A stretch of 64,000 nucleotides of DNA from a virus. The position numbers and the translations under genes were made by a program. Under the pieces are notes generated by a model. It did not search any database and was not told the origin of the DNA. It saw nothing but the letters and a program-made list of their open reading frames with translations. Location of the stretch: positions 21,413-85,412 of the IMG/VR virus record IMGVR_UViG_3300015202_000003, one strand, 5' to 3'. Shown one piece after another: positions 19,732 to 29,206 of this stretch (positions within the stretch are counted from its first letter, which is position 1; each line of letters begins with the position of its first letter).

Positions 19732-20031
19732 TTGTATAAGAAAAGGGTAAAAATAGATAGAATGTCAAATCAAACACAGGAAAGAACAAAGAAACTTTAT
19801 GTTCCCCGCCACGATATTTTAGAGCCTAATTTGTTGTGGGAAAACCGTTTTCAAATCAAGTCTACTTCTTCCGATAGACTTTATATAATAGCCCAAAACA
19901 AGGCTAAAAGGCATTGCGCCTGTAGCTGCCCAAGTTACAGAACGAGAAGATATTGCCGTCACTTAAAAGAACTGGGTCTTGGAGAAAAGGAAGAGTCTTT
20001 AAATTTTAAGTTACAAATTATTCCGGTTTGA
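19732..20031 (+). CDS. SWIM Zn-finger protein (start probably ATG 19762)
   Basis: CSCPSY...YCRHL (CxC...CxH). Confidence 0.7.
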   Translation: MYKKRVKIDRMSNQTQERTKKLYVPRHDILEPNLLWENRFQIKSTSSDRLYIIAQNKAKRHCACSCPSYRTRRYCRHLKELGLGEKEESLNFKLQIIPV

Positions 20032-20153
20032 TAAACATTAAGGCTTTTATTTTATATTTGTCTTATTAATTTTATTTGCGAATTTTTCATTTTCCGAACG
20101 TTTTGGTAATAGAAAATAAAAACACTCTTCTTTAATAGGAGTTTAAATTTAAG

Positions 20154-20666
20154 ATGACCACAAAAACACCTAAACCCAAAAAACCTTTCATGGATTATCC
20201 CGTTTATGAAAGCACAGAAAACGTCCCTTATTCTTCGGGTATAGATTTATCTGGCTATTTAACCCCTCCAAAGGTTTTTTCAGATGAAACAAAAAGAAAA
20301 GACGAAAAAAATAACAACTCTTCGGTTTTCATATCTGAACCAGTTACTTCAAATTCTTTTCCTGTAATTCTTCAAGCTTCTTTTTTGAATATCTTGAATT
20401 TGATTGCTTTAGAAAAGACAAAAGAGCAACCTTACGAAGTTTTACATTTAAAAGAAGGTGCGACTCTGCCTGAAATCAGGTGTTCTTTTAGAAGGCTTTC
20501 AAGAAAATACGATCCTTCTTGGAATCCCGAACAAAAAAAGGAATGTGAGCAAAATATTCTACAATTGAACACAGCATTAGTGGAGTTAGAATCTAAGTTG
20601 GAAACCACTAAAGAAGAGGGTGTAGAAGATTTAGACCTTAAAAACTCTGACCCCTTTGGGGATTGA
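20154..20666 (+). CDS. J-domain (DnaJ-like) protein with altered HPD motif
   Basis: PYEVLHLKEGATLPEIRCSFRRLSRKYDPSWN...ILQLNTA; DPS in place of HPD. Confidence 0.7.
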   Translation: MTTKTPKPKKPFMDYPVYESTENVPYSSGIDLSGYLTPPKVFSDETKRKDEKNNNSSVFISEPVTSNSFPVILQASFLNILNLIALEKTKEQPYEVLHLKEGATLPEIRCSFRRLSRKYDPSWNPEQKKECEQNILQLNTALVELESKLETTKEEGVEDLDLKNSDPFGD

Positions 20667-20688
20667 TTAAGTCAAAATAAAAACTAAG

Positions 20689-21033
20689 ATGATAAAAACA
20701 ACTGTGTTAGAAGAAAAGGAAATTTCCAAACCAAGTTTGGATTTGGATTATCGTTCTTGTTTACTTCAAAATAGAAAACCAGAAACGGAGTTAGAAAAAG
20801 AGCAAATAAAATTAATTTCTTATTCTTGCTTTAAAGACCCTAAATGGGTTTTAAAAAGTCTTTTGCTTTATTGGGTTTTGTTCGCACACATTTGTTTTGC
20901 TGACATAATAAGTTCAAATCACATTCTTTGGATAGCCAATCTTTGTTGTGCGGCTATTGAATGGGGTTTAATTAGATTAATTTATTTTTCTTTGAAAACC
21001 TTTTGGGGTTTCATTTCAAATCTTAAAAAATAA
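20689..21033 (+). CDS. Membrane protein
   Basis: Two hydrophobic segments in the C-terminal half. Confidence 0.55.
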   Translation: MIKTTVLEEKEISKPSLDLDYRSCLLQNRKPETELEKEQIKLISYSCFKDPKWVLKSLLLYWVLFAHICFADIISSNHILWIANLCCAAIEWGLIRLIYFSLKTFWGFISNLKK

Positions 21034-21443
21034 CGTGGAAAACACTTACGATTATTCTAACGGAGGAGATTTTTGTTTAAAACACCTTAATGATTTAAAA
21101 GAAGCGTTTTTAGCTTCCAATGTTTTAAATTCTGAAAGTTGCAAAAAAGTTTTAAAGTTTTTGGAAATTGAAAACCCAGAAGAGTGGGAAAGTTAGAAGA
21201 ATTTTAAATGAAGAACCTCCTGTTAAATTAATAACAGGAGGTTCTTCTCTTTCTTCGTGAACAACTTTTTTATTTTCTAATCTCACCAAATTCTATAAAC
21301 ATTAGACAAAGAGATGTTTCCAACTTTTCTTTCGGGATGTAGATTAAATTCGTCCGCTTTTTATTTTTTCTGTTTCATATTTTGTAATAGAAGTTTGATT
21401 TTCTATAAAAAAACATCTATAATTTAACAGGTGTTTTTTTATT

Positions 21444-21755
21444 TTGATTTCTAACTCTCGTAATTATGTTCTTTATGTTTTAAGAACTCCGTCCAATAAA
21501 TTTAAAGTTGGAATTTCTTCAAATTTTAAAAGTAGGTTGAGGAGTTTCCACACAAACTGTTCAGAATCTTTTGAAATTTATCTTTGTATTGAGGTGGGAG
21601 ATTCTAAGTCTGAGGTTTTAAAATTAGAAAGAAGAATCCATAACAATTTACGTCATAAAAAAACACATGGTGAATGGTTTCAAAATTTGAACGAATCAGA
21701 ATTAAATTATTTAAAAGATTTAGAGCAGTTATATTTTTTCTCTTTTGATTTTTAG
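21444..21755 (+). CDS. GIY-YIG superfamily (T5orf172-like) nuclease domain protein
   Basis: LYVLR...FKVGISSNFKSRL...LERRIH...HGEWF. Confidence 0.8.
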   Translation: MISNSRNYVLYVLRTPSNKFKVGISSNFKSRLRSFHTNCSESFEIYLCIEVGDSKSEVLKLERRIHNNLRHKKTHGEWFQNLNESELNYLKDLEQLYFFSFDF

Positions 21756-21921
21756 AGTTTTATTTATAAGTCTTATCTAAATAAGGATAAGACTTTTTCT
21801 TTTTTCAACTTATAAATTTTTCTAATTTAACTCTTTCAAATTAAGGGCTTGTTTCTTTTTCTTCCATACGTTAAATTCTAATCGTGCTTGAAGAGAAGTA
21901 AACAGAGGAAAAAATTCCACT

Positions 21922-22482
21922 ATGACAGAAACAAAAAAGAAACCGTTCGAGAAAATTGATTGGGAGCCGCTGCTTCCAAAAATGAACTGGGAAAAGTCAA
22001 ATCGTCAGTTGGCTACAGAAACGGGGTTTTCCCCCAGTGCGGTAGCAAGTGCCAGAACAAAGTTCGGCACAGAAAACCCTTTCGCGTCTAAAACTTTTAC
22101 CCCTCAGCAAAGAATATCTTATCTTTATAAGAGAGGAAATTTAAACAAATACACTTCTATTGCCGACTGCGCCAAGGGTGTTAAGGCCTCTGTTTATGAA
22201 GTTCAAAATTTCATAAAAGAGAGAGATTTGGTATTTAGAAGTTCCAACGTCATAAAAATGAAAGAAATGAATTTTGATTTATCTAATCGTGACCTTTCTG
22301 AAATTTGGGATGTAAAGGAAACTATTTTAGGTTCTCACAGAGCTAAATACGGTTTGTATGTAAGATGGGCCGGGGGCTATGATTGGACGCCTAAGCCAGA
22401 GTATAGGAAAGCGATTGAGGAAGAGGGGATGAAAGCGGCTAATTTTAAGCCTTGTTATTTAGTTCCTATTGGGAATAGTTAA
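21922..22482 (+). CDS. HTH-containing DNA-binding protein, paralog of 23369-23971
   Basis: SNRQLATETGFSPSAVASARTKF HTH; C-terminal NRDLSEIW...PEYRKAIEEE...NFK. Confidence 0.55.
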   Translation: MTETKKKPFEKIDWEPLLPKMNWEKSNRQLATETGFSPSAVASARTKFGTENPFASKTFTPQQRISYLYKRGNLNKYTSIADCAKGVKASVYEVQNFIKERDLVFRSSNVIKMKEMNFDLSNRDLSEIWDVKETILGSHRAKYGLYVRWAGGYDWTPKPEYRKAIEEEGMKAANFKPCYLVPIGNS

Positions 22483-22493
22483 CACTAAACAAT

Positions 22494-22535
22494 AAAAAAA
22501 GAGACAGAGCCTTAAAAAAGTTCTGTCTCTTTTTT
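22494..22535. terminator. Bidirectional terminator
   Basis: aaaaaagagacaga / tctgtctctttttt. Confidence 0.8.
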
Positions 22536-22546
22536 GTTTTAAATTT

Positions 22547-22765
22547 TTAGAACGGCCCGATAACACCATTATCCAAGGTAACTTTAGCGTTAGTAAGGGT
22601 TTCCTCGTCGCTCAAGCCTCTTTTACAGATGATTACGACGTATTCAACCCCTCCTTGTTTAAAGGCGGCTGCGGCTTCTAATTTCTTGTGTAGAATATTT
22701 GTAATGGCGCTAAACAAAGAAGAAAATTTCAAAAGTAAAGCGAGTTGTTGAAAAGTTTTGTTCAT
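22547..22765 (-). CDS. Hypothetical protein
   Basis: ORF track; ends at the shared terminator. Confidence 0.55.
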   Translation of the reverse strand: MNKTFQQLALLLKFSSLFSAITNILHKKLEAAAAFKQGGVEYVVIICKRGLSDEETLTNAKVTLDNGVIGPF

Positions 22766-22846
22766 GGTTATTTCTCGTTCTCTTTATTTAATCTCTGTTA
22801 TTTTTTTCAGGTGTTAATTTTCTAATTTCCAAGTGTCCATAAATTT

Positions 22847-23023
22847 ATGGAAAACGAACTTATTTTAGAGCCTGAAGAATCGGAGTGGTTTATTGGTATG
22901 CTTGAAAACGGGGTGTGGCAAACTTTTCAAAGTGCGGATATTTGGAATAGTGGTTTTTACAACGTTCAAGGCCCATTTGAGGCTCAAGAAGAGGCTCAAA
23001 ACTGTTTGTCGTTATATCTTTAA
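22847..23023 (+). CDS. 58-aa protein missed by the ORF track; paralog of the C-terminal half of 23030-23362
   Basis: MENELILEPEESEWFIG...VQGPFEAQEEA vs KWFIG...VFGPYDSEAEA. Confidence 0.6.
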   Translation: MENELILEPEESEWFIGMLENGVWQTFQSADIWNSGFYNVQGPFEAQEEAQNCLSLYL

Positions 23024-23029
23024 CATAGA

Positions 23030-23362
23030 ATGAAAAAATTAAACCTAATCTCACCTCAGATATTAAAATTAAACCTGTTAGAAGAGATAAAGTCTCTGTT
23101 GATGGAAAGAGAAGCAGAGGGTTTAGAAAGATTTTCGGCTCAGTTACAAAAAGAGAGTTTGGATAAAATTAAAAAAGAGATGGAACAAAACTTTAAATGG
23201 TTTATTGGGATAGGTTTTGACGCTAAATTTCAAATATTTTCTTCTCTTTTAACCCGTCTTGAAATATTAGAAGAGTTTGACACTTTTAAACTTTCCTGTG
23301 TTTTTGGGCCTTATGACAGCGAAGCAGAGGCCCTTTCAGAAACAAGCCCTAAAAACTGGTAG
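23030..23362 (+). CDS. Hypothetical protein
   Basis: ORF track; ends in TAG in frame with the next ORF. Confidence 0.6.
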   Translation: MKKLNLISPQILKLNLLEEIKSLLMEREAEGLERFSAQLQKESLDKIKKEMEQNFKWFIGIGFDAKFQIFSSLLTRLEILEEFDTFKLSCVFGPYDSEAEALSETSPKNW

Positions 23363-23368
23363 GAAAAC

Positions 23369-23971
23369 ATTATTTCAAAACAATTTAACATCCATTGGGA
23401 AGAAGAAATTAAAAAAATTGATTGGACACAGTCTCTTCAAGACATTGGAGACTTTTACGGGGTTTCGAGAGAAAGAATCAGGCAAATTAGAAATTTCTAC
23501 AAGATTCCTGCGAGAACAAAAGAAAACAAGATAGGACATAATTCTCAAACATTCCATTTGAAAATTTTAGAAGAGAAGTTTGAACGGGGAGAATTTCTTC
23601 TTTTTTCTTCGATTGCGGAGTGTGGGAGAGAACTTAAAATTCCTTTCAGATTCATTTCTCTTTTTTTAAAAAAGAAAAAGGGGTTGGAATATGTAGCTAT
23701 CAAGGTTCAAAAATTAGAGCAGGTAAATTGGTTATTGCCTAATGCTGATTTAAATGAAGTTTGGGGTGTGGACTATCAAAGAATAGCTTCTTATCGTTAT
23801 TTAAATCAAAAACCTTCTAAATGGAACCGGGAATACGGGCATCTTCCAAAAGACCCTGAATATTTTAAAGCCTTAGAACAGGAAAAAAGAAAACATTCTA
23901 ATTTCAAAAACATTTGCTTGGTTAAAATTAAAAGAGGCAAGATTAGGAGTAATTTAATTAAAAAACCGTAA
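23369..23971 (+). CDS. HTH DNA-binding protein, probably longer than ORF-track 23558-23971 (ATT start or readthrough)
   Basis: Frame open from 23363; upstream part encodes IDWTQSLQDIGDFYGVSRERIRQI (HTH), matching the N-terminus of paralog 21922. Confidence 0.55.
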   Translation: MISKQFNIHWEEEIKKIDWTQSLQDIGDFYGVSRERIRQIRNFYKIPARTKENKIGHNSQTFHLKILEEKFERGEFLLFSSIAECGRELKIPFRFISLFLKKKKGLEYVAIKVQKLEQVNWLLPNADLNEVWGVDYQRIASYRYLNQKPSKWNREYGHLPKDPEYFKALEQEKRKHSNFKNICLVKIKRGKIRSNLIKKP

Positions 23972-24002
23972 TTTTTTAAGTTCTAAAGTCATAAATTAAA
24001 AT

Positions 24003-24215
24003 ATGACACAAGAAGAGAAATTAAAGGAATACAAATTAAAATTTCAAGAATCCAAAAGAATTTTAAATGAAAAGAGAACGATGTTTGATGCTAACCCAAC
24101 GAATTTAAATTTAAAAACAATGAAATTATCTTCTTTCTTTTTTCAAAAATGTTTTTTTGAGTTGGGAGATTTGACAAAAAATATAAAAGACAATGGAAAC
24201 CCTAAAGCAGAGTAA
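24003..24215 (+). CDS. Hypothetical protein
   Basis: ORF track. Confidence 0.5.
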   Translation: MTQEEKLKEYKLKFQESKRILNEKRTMFDANPTNLNLKTMKLSSFFFQKCFFELGDLTKNIKDNGNPKAE

Positions 24216-24403
24216 AATTAAAGAGCCTTCAAAGTGTCTCAGGTTTTCGGGAGAATTTAAATTGAAAGAGTGTGGGATAATTTTCTATGTTTTTAACAAC
24301 TATTACTCAACAATTGCGGAACAACAGTTTCAATCAATTCTATTTACGATTTAGGAAAACCATCTTCCTATGCATCTCATTTTTCAACTAAACCCTAATT
24401 CAA

Positions 24404-24619
24404 ATGCCTTATAAATTTGACCGGATTGAATGGTGCATTGAGGTTTCTCAATCTTTGGAGTTAAAAAAAGAATTAATTGATTTTAAAAAGTATCAAGCCT
24501 CTTATTCCTGCAAGGAATTTATTAGTGGGTTGGATTATGTTTTAGATTTATGTGGTTTTGAAGACACGTTGATTGCATGGGAAATCGAACATCAAATAAG
24601 TTTAATTGAGAATATATAA
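24404..24619 (+). CDS. Hypothetical protein
   Basis: ORF track; TAATG coupling to next ORF. Confidence 0.55.
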   Translation: MPYKFDRIEWCIEVSQSLELKKELIDFKKYQASYSCKEFISGLDYVLDLCGFEDTLIAWEIEHQISLIENI

Positions 24620-24879
24620 TGGGAAAAGAATATATGGATTGGCTATCTAACCTTAAAAAAGGGGATGAGTTTGTTTTTGAGCGGGGGATCAAACCCAGTC
24701 AAATTTTATCAGTTGAAAAAGTTTTAGGTTCTTCTAAGAAGAAAATTAGAACTTCAGCAGGAGAGTTTCAAAAAGGAGGGGGTAGATTTTTAGGGGAGGA
24801 GTTTGGGGGGATGTTGCCTATTACGGTAAATTTAAAAAAGAGGTTGGAAGAAGCGGATAAATTAAAAGAAGAAGATTGA
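24619..24879 (+). CDS. Hypothetical protein
   Basis: ORF track; coupled start. Confidence 0.55.
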   Translation: MGKEYMDWLSNLKKGDEFVFERGIKPSQILSVEKVLGSSKKKIRTSAGEFQKGGGRFLGEEFGGMLPITVNLKKRLEEADKLKEED

Positions 24880-24939
24880 AATTAAAAAACACTTAGAATC
24901 TTCGTTCCTTGTTTTAAGTTTTATTTCAATCAAATTTTT

Positions 24940-25002
24940 AATTTCTCTTATTAAATTTTAAAAGGCTATATCTCCTGTCTCAAGCGTTTAAATAAGGGAC
25001 AA
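24940..25002 (+). promoter_or_regulatory. Duplicated promoter-like element
   Basis: 24940-24995 matches the reverse complement of 37316-37371 at 54/56 nt; 24985-25002 equals 37404-37421. Confidence 0.7.
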
Positions 25003-25039
25003 GGAAAAAATCAACGGAAAAGGAGGTGTTAAATACATT

Positions 25040-25381
25040 ATGAAAGCTATTTCTCCATTCGACGCATTAGGAGATAAAGTAAAAGTTATTTTAGAAAAAG
25101 TAGATGAATTAGAGTCTAATATTTCAGAATACATGACAAAAAATTGGTGGGGGGAATTTGGGAATAACAATTGTATGGTTTATGTTCTACCTAAAGTAGA
25201 CAGCCCTTACAGTAGAAAGATTTTGAATAGTTGTTTAGAGCGTTTTGAAAATAAAGGTTGGGAGATTCAAATAGAAGATTCGGGAAGGGACAATAAGATT
25301 ACTTTCTCTGAAAAATTAAAGCCTAAAAAAACCTCTTTGAAAACAAAACAAGAGTGGCAAGAAGAAAATAACCCTAATTGA
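25040..25381 (+). CDS. Hypothetical protein
   Basis: ORF track; AGGAGG upstream. Confidence 0.65.
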   Translation: MKAISPFDALGDKVKVILEKVDELESNISEYMTKNWWGEFGNNNCMVYVLPKVDSPYSRKILNSCLERFENKGWEIQIEDSGRDNKITFSEKLKPKKTSLKTKQEWQEENNPN

Positions 25382-25409
25382 GAAAGAGATTTAAGGAATT
25401 AAACTCGGA

Positions 25410-25457
25410 TTAAAAAAGGCTTCTTGGATTTCAAATTTCTAAGAAGCCTTTTTTAAT
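25410..25457. terminator. Hairpin terminator
   Basis: attaaaaaaggcttctt / aagaagccttttttaat. Confidence 0.8.
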
Positions 25458-25477
25458 TTTACAATCTAAAAAACCTA

Positions 25478-25882
25478 ATGTTTATTTCAAACAAAGAAAA
25501 ATTAAATTTTTTTATGGAAGAATACTTTTCTCAAACCTACGCTATCGACAAAGTTTGGAGAGTGTGGGATAAAAAAAACGACATAATTTTTGAAGTTTCT
25601 GCTTTCGATGGAAAGATTAGATTAGGTTTCATCGGCAACATAGGAGAGGAGAGAAAAGGAAACGCCTCTTTAGCTTTAGATTGGCTATGTTCTTTAGCTG
25701 ACAAACATAAAGTTTCAATTTCTTTAGGTGTTGATCCCATCAAGTCTTTTGTTTTCAAAACAGGTTCAAAAAATTCAGGTCTAACTAAAACCCAATTAAA
25801 ACAATGGTATGAGAAAAGAAGGTTTAAATCTGTTTCAAATAAACAAAATGAAATGATTAGAGATTTTCAAATCTTAATTTAG
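25478..25882 (+). CDS. GNAT-like acetyltransferase
   Basis: ERKGNASLALDWLCSLADKH (motif A-like) and LKQWYEKRRF (motif B-like). Confidence 0.6.
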   Translation: MFISNKEKLNFFMEEYFSQTYAIDKVWRVWDKKNDIIFEVSAFDGKIRLGFIGNIGEERKGNASLALDWLCSLADKHKVSISLGVDPIKSFVFKTGSKNSGLTKTQLKQWYEKRRFKSVSNKQNEMIRDFQILI

Positions 25883-25927
25883 CAAAGAATCTTCGTAAGA
25901 TTCAATTCTAAGAACAAATTAAAAACT

Positions 25928-26317
25928 ATGAACGACTCCATGAAATTCTTTTTCGGTCAAAAAGACAGAGGAAATTTAGTTTTAAGTTTCTCTTTGTCTT
26001 TTCAAGATATAGCGGCTTGTATTTTAGATTCTCTTCCCAATCTAACTAATCTCCAAAAACAACTTAAAACTAAATTTCCTTCTTCTGAAGAATTGGAATC
26101 TTTTTTACGCCGACAAATTTCTTTAAAGGGAGATTTAAAAAACCAAGATTTTTGTTTTAAAAATTTAACTCAAGAGCAGTTAGATGCCAACCCTAATTGT
26201 ATTAAAAAAATTCTAACATATGTTGAAAAACTATATGTAGGTAGGATTTCTTGGAAAACAGCAGAAGAAACGAAAAAGAAATTAGAAAATGAAAAAATTA
26301 ATTTAAGTTCAATTTAA
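25928..26317 (+). CDS. Hypothetical protein
   Basis: ORF track. Confidence 0.6.
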   Translation: MNDSMKFFFGQKDRGNLVLSFSLSFQDIAACILDSLPNLTNLQKQLKTKFPSSEELESFLRRQISLKGDLKNQDFCFKNLTQEQLDANPNCIKKILTYVEKLYVGRISWKTAEETKKKLENEKINLSSI

Positions 26318-26436
26318 GTTCTAATTTCATCTATTAAATTAATTAGGAATCTTCGTTCTTCATGTTAAGTCTTTAATTTATCGCTCTTTCAAAAACAAGT
26401 TGTTTTTGAAAGAGTTGGGAGAGTTTCAATTAAAAA

Positions 26437-27402
26437 ATGGAAAAAACAAATAATAAAACCGTTACTGCAACTAAAATTGAGAAAAACAGAGGTTCTGCAA
26501 CTATAAATCCTAAAGTTAAAAGAACAGTGAGAGGGGAAGTTAAGGATTGGTGGGGTAGGCACAGAGAAGGCTCTTTGATTGGTTCAAACAATTTTAAATT
26601 TAACGAAATATCTTTAAGTGAATTAAACAGCTTCTTTGCCGGAGTTTTAAACAAGAGAGATGTTCTTTTAGACCTTAAAACTTCTGGTAACGGATATGAC
26701 CGTGTTGTTTGGGCTGGCCCGGTTTCAAGACCTCTCTACAAATGGTTTACGGAAGATTTAAATTTATTTCACTTGTTAGAACAACGTCTAACAAATGAAG
26801 AGAAGAAGCAATACGAGAAATTTCTTCAAGAAAAAACAGGTTTAAATGAAAATCTTCTTTATTCTTCTTTAAATGATAGAATCCAACCTATGTTTGAAGT
26901 TTTAAAGAAAGAGTTACCTAAAGAAGTCAATTCTACCTTTCCAATTCATTTATTAGACAAAGATAGAAACAACGAAGACAATTTAATTTCTCCTTCTAAT
27001 CCCGTTAAAGAAAATACAATTCCCGTAAAAGAGTCTATTCAACCTTTTAAAATAAATCTTGTTGAAATTAAAAAAGAAGAGTTGGAAGAAAAGGATGTAA
27101 AAAATATTCCGGTTCAGGATTCTAAATTTAAGACGGGGAGTAAAGTTAAATGGTCTTCTCAAGCCAGTGGATTTGTTAAAACAAAACAAGGTGTGATTCT
27201 TAAAGTGGTTCAACCTCACACTCCTGTTTTCGATTTTTCATGTATTGTAAACGGCTCTAAAATCAGAGTAAAAGATACAGGTAGCCCGCGCAACCATATT
27301 TCTTACATTGTTTTAGTTTCTTTTTCAGACGGTTCTAAATCTAAATTATATTGGCCCTTAGCGTCTAAGTTAGAATTAGATTCAGTTGATTTAGTGTGTT
27401 AA
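26437..27402 (+). CDS. Multidomain hypothetical protein with a phage-type C-terminal beta domain
   Basis: C-terminal KVKWSSQASG..KTKQG.....RNHISYIV....LYWP pattern recalled from phage hypothetical proteins. Confidence 0.55.
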   Translation: MEKTNNKTVTATKIEKNRGSATINPKVKRTVRGEVKDWWGRHREGSLIGSNNFKFNEISLSELNSFFAGVLNKRDVLLDLKTSGNGYDRVVWAGPVSRPLYKWFTEDLNLFHLLEQRLTNEEKKQYEKFLQEKTGLNENLLYSSLNDRIQPMFEVLKKELPKEVNSTFPIHLLDKDRNNEDNLISPSNPVKENTIPVKESIQPFKINLVEIKKEELEEKDVKNIPVQDSKFKTGSKVKWSSQASGFVKTKQGVILKVVQPHTPVFDFSCIVNGSKIRVKDTGSPRNHISYIVLVSFSDGSKSKLYWPLASKLELDSVDLVC

Positions 27403-27406
27403 AATT

Positions 27407-27442
27407 AAAAAGCCCTTTGCCTTTAGTGGGCAGGGGGCTTTT
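27407..27442 (+). terminator. Rho-independent terminator
   Basis: aaaagccct-tgcc / ggca-gggctttt. Confidence 0.7.
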
Positions 27443-27447
27443 CAGTT

Positions 27448-28029
27448 TTGTTTTTCAATATAAATATGTTAGAAAATCGTTTTGAGTCGAACAATTTCTT
27501 TAAAAAACAAGAGCTTAAAAAACGAGTTGTTTCTCCTCCTGAAAATTTAAATTTGGAAAATCAAACATATTTTCGTTATTTTGTTTTAAATCAAGTCCTA
27601 AGTATTTCCAAATTAATGAAAAGTATAGGAATACAAATCTCTCTTCAAGGAGGTTGTCTGTGTTGTTTCCACTTGGACGAAAACCATCAATCGGGAAAGA
27701 TTTATCTTAAAACGGAAACTAAAGAAGAACATTTATATTGTTTCTCAGAACACAGAAGTTTTAGAGCAACAGATTTTCTCAAAGATATTTTAGGTAAAAA
27801 TCCTTACGAAGAATTTGATTTAGTGTGGCCCAAAATTCCAGAACCTGTAAGAATTAAATTAAAACAACAATTCTCTTTAAAAAGAGTGGAAGATAGTTTC
27901 TCTTTGTGTGATAATTTTCATTCCTTGAAAGAATTGAATCCTCAACAAAATTATTTAAATCTCTTAAAACACATGGAAAGAGAAATTAAATTTAAAGAAG
28001 AAAAAGATAACCAAAAAGCAGTAGATTAA
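27448..28029 (+). CDS. Stand-alone CHC2-like Zn-finger protein (DnaG primase N-terminal-like)
   Basis: CCFHLDENHQSGKIY...LYCFS...ATDFL; no TOPRIM domain follows. Confidence 0.5.
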   Translation: MFFNINMLENRFESNNFFKKQELKKRVVSPPENLNLENQTYFRYFVLNQVLSISKLMKSIGIQISLQGGCLCCFHLDENHQSGKIYLKTETKEEHLYCFSEHRSFRATDFLKDILGKNPYEEFDLVWPKIPEPVRIKLKQQFSLKRVEDSFSLCDNFHSLKELNPQQNYLNLLKHMEREIKFKEEKDNQKAVD

Positions 28030-28198
28030 ACTTTCTGTTTTTAGTAGAATTAAAAGGGATTGGGGTTTAAAAGGGTTTTTTCTCTTCTTCAGTTTCTTTT
28101 TCCGCAAAGTTTTTTTGAATTGAGACTATAAAAAAAACAAAGAGAGTAAAAATAGAAAAACAAAGATTCAAATTTTAATTGAATAAAAATCAAAAACC

Positions 28199-29206
28199 AT
28201 GAAAAAAATAGATTCAAAAAAACCTCAACTTAATATTTTTGAAGAAGAAAGTCCTAACATTGTTAAAAAAGAGGATTGGGAGTATGTGGGAGAAGCAGAA
28301 ACAACCTTAGCCGATTACGAACACTATATTCCTAAAGTTCTTCCTGACCACGATTTTTTAGATAGACACCCTTTAGTTTGTGTAGACACCCAAGAACATT
28401 TAATTAAAATTTTAAAAGAGCATGAGAATCAAACCCTATGTGCTTTTGACTTGGAAACAAATTCTTTAGACCCGGAGAAAGAGACTTCTTTTATAATTGG
28501 AGTTGCTTTGTGTATGGACGGCATAACGGGCTATTATGTGCCCATACAACACGAATGGGGAGGTTTAGGGAAAGAAGGTTTAGATTCGATTTATGCCTAT
28601 CTTATAGACGAAAAGAGAGAGAAAATTTTAACTTTCAACCAACGTTTTGATTTTAGATGGATGGAATTTAAGGGTTATGATATGAGCGTCATATCATTAA
28701 ACAAAAAATCTTACGACATCCAAACAGGGATTTTCCTTTCGGACACAAATATTTCTTGGCCTTCTTTAAAAAAATCAGAGAAACATTTCTTAGGTGTTTA
28801 TCGTTCCAATTACGAAGAGACTTTGGGGGATAATTTGATACTTTATTCAGTTGATGCCGCTACGGTTACACGTTATGCAGCTTGTTTATCAGGGGACACT
28901 TTAATTAAAACTAATTTTGGCGATTTAACTATTTTAGAAATTAGAAATTACATTGAATCTGGTAAAAATATAAAAGTCAACACCTCTTTAGGAGAAAACA
29001 ATGTATTGTCAGTGTTAAATCAAGGTTTTAAAGATACAATTGAAATCGAACTTGAAACTGGAAAAATAATAATTTGCACAGAAGATCACAAGTTACTGGT
29101 TAGAAACAAAGATTTTTTTTATTGGAAGGAAGCTGGAAAAATTTCAGAAAACGACGAATTAGCTACAATAGAAGAGATTAAGTCTTTAGACCTAAATCTC
29201 TTATGA
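28199..29206 (+). CDS. polA: Family A DNA polymerase fragment 1: 3'-5' exonuclease domain plus split intein 1 N-half
   Basis: AFDLETNSL (Exo I), FNQRFD (Exo II), RYAA then CLSGDT intein block A at 28883. Confidence 0.85.
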   Translation: MKKIDSKKPQLNIFEEESPNIVKKEDWEYVGEAETTLADYEHYIPKVLPDHDFLDRHPLVCVDTQEHLIKILKEHENQTLCAFDLETNSLDPEKETSFIIGVALCMDGITGYYVPIQHEWGGLGKEGLDSIYAYLIDEKREKILTFNQRFDFRWMEFKGYDMSVISLNKKSYDIQTGIFLSDTNISWPSLKKSEKHFLGVYRSNYEETLGDNLILYSVDAATVTRYAACLSGDTLIKTNFGDLTILEIRNYIESGKNIKVNTSLGENNVLSVLNQGFKDTIEIELETGKIIICTEDHKLLVRNKDFFYWKEAGKISENDELATIEEIKSLDLNLL

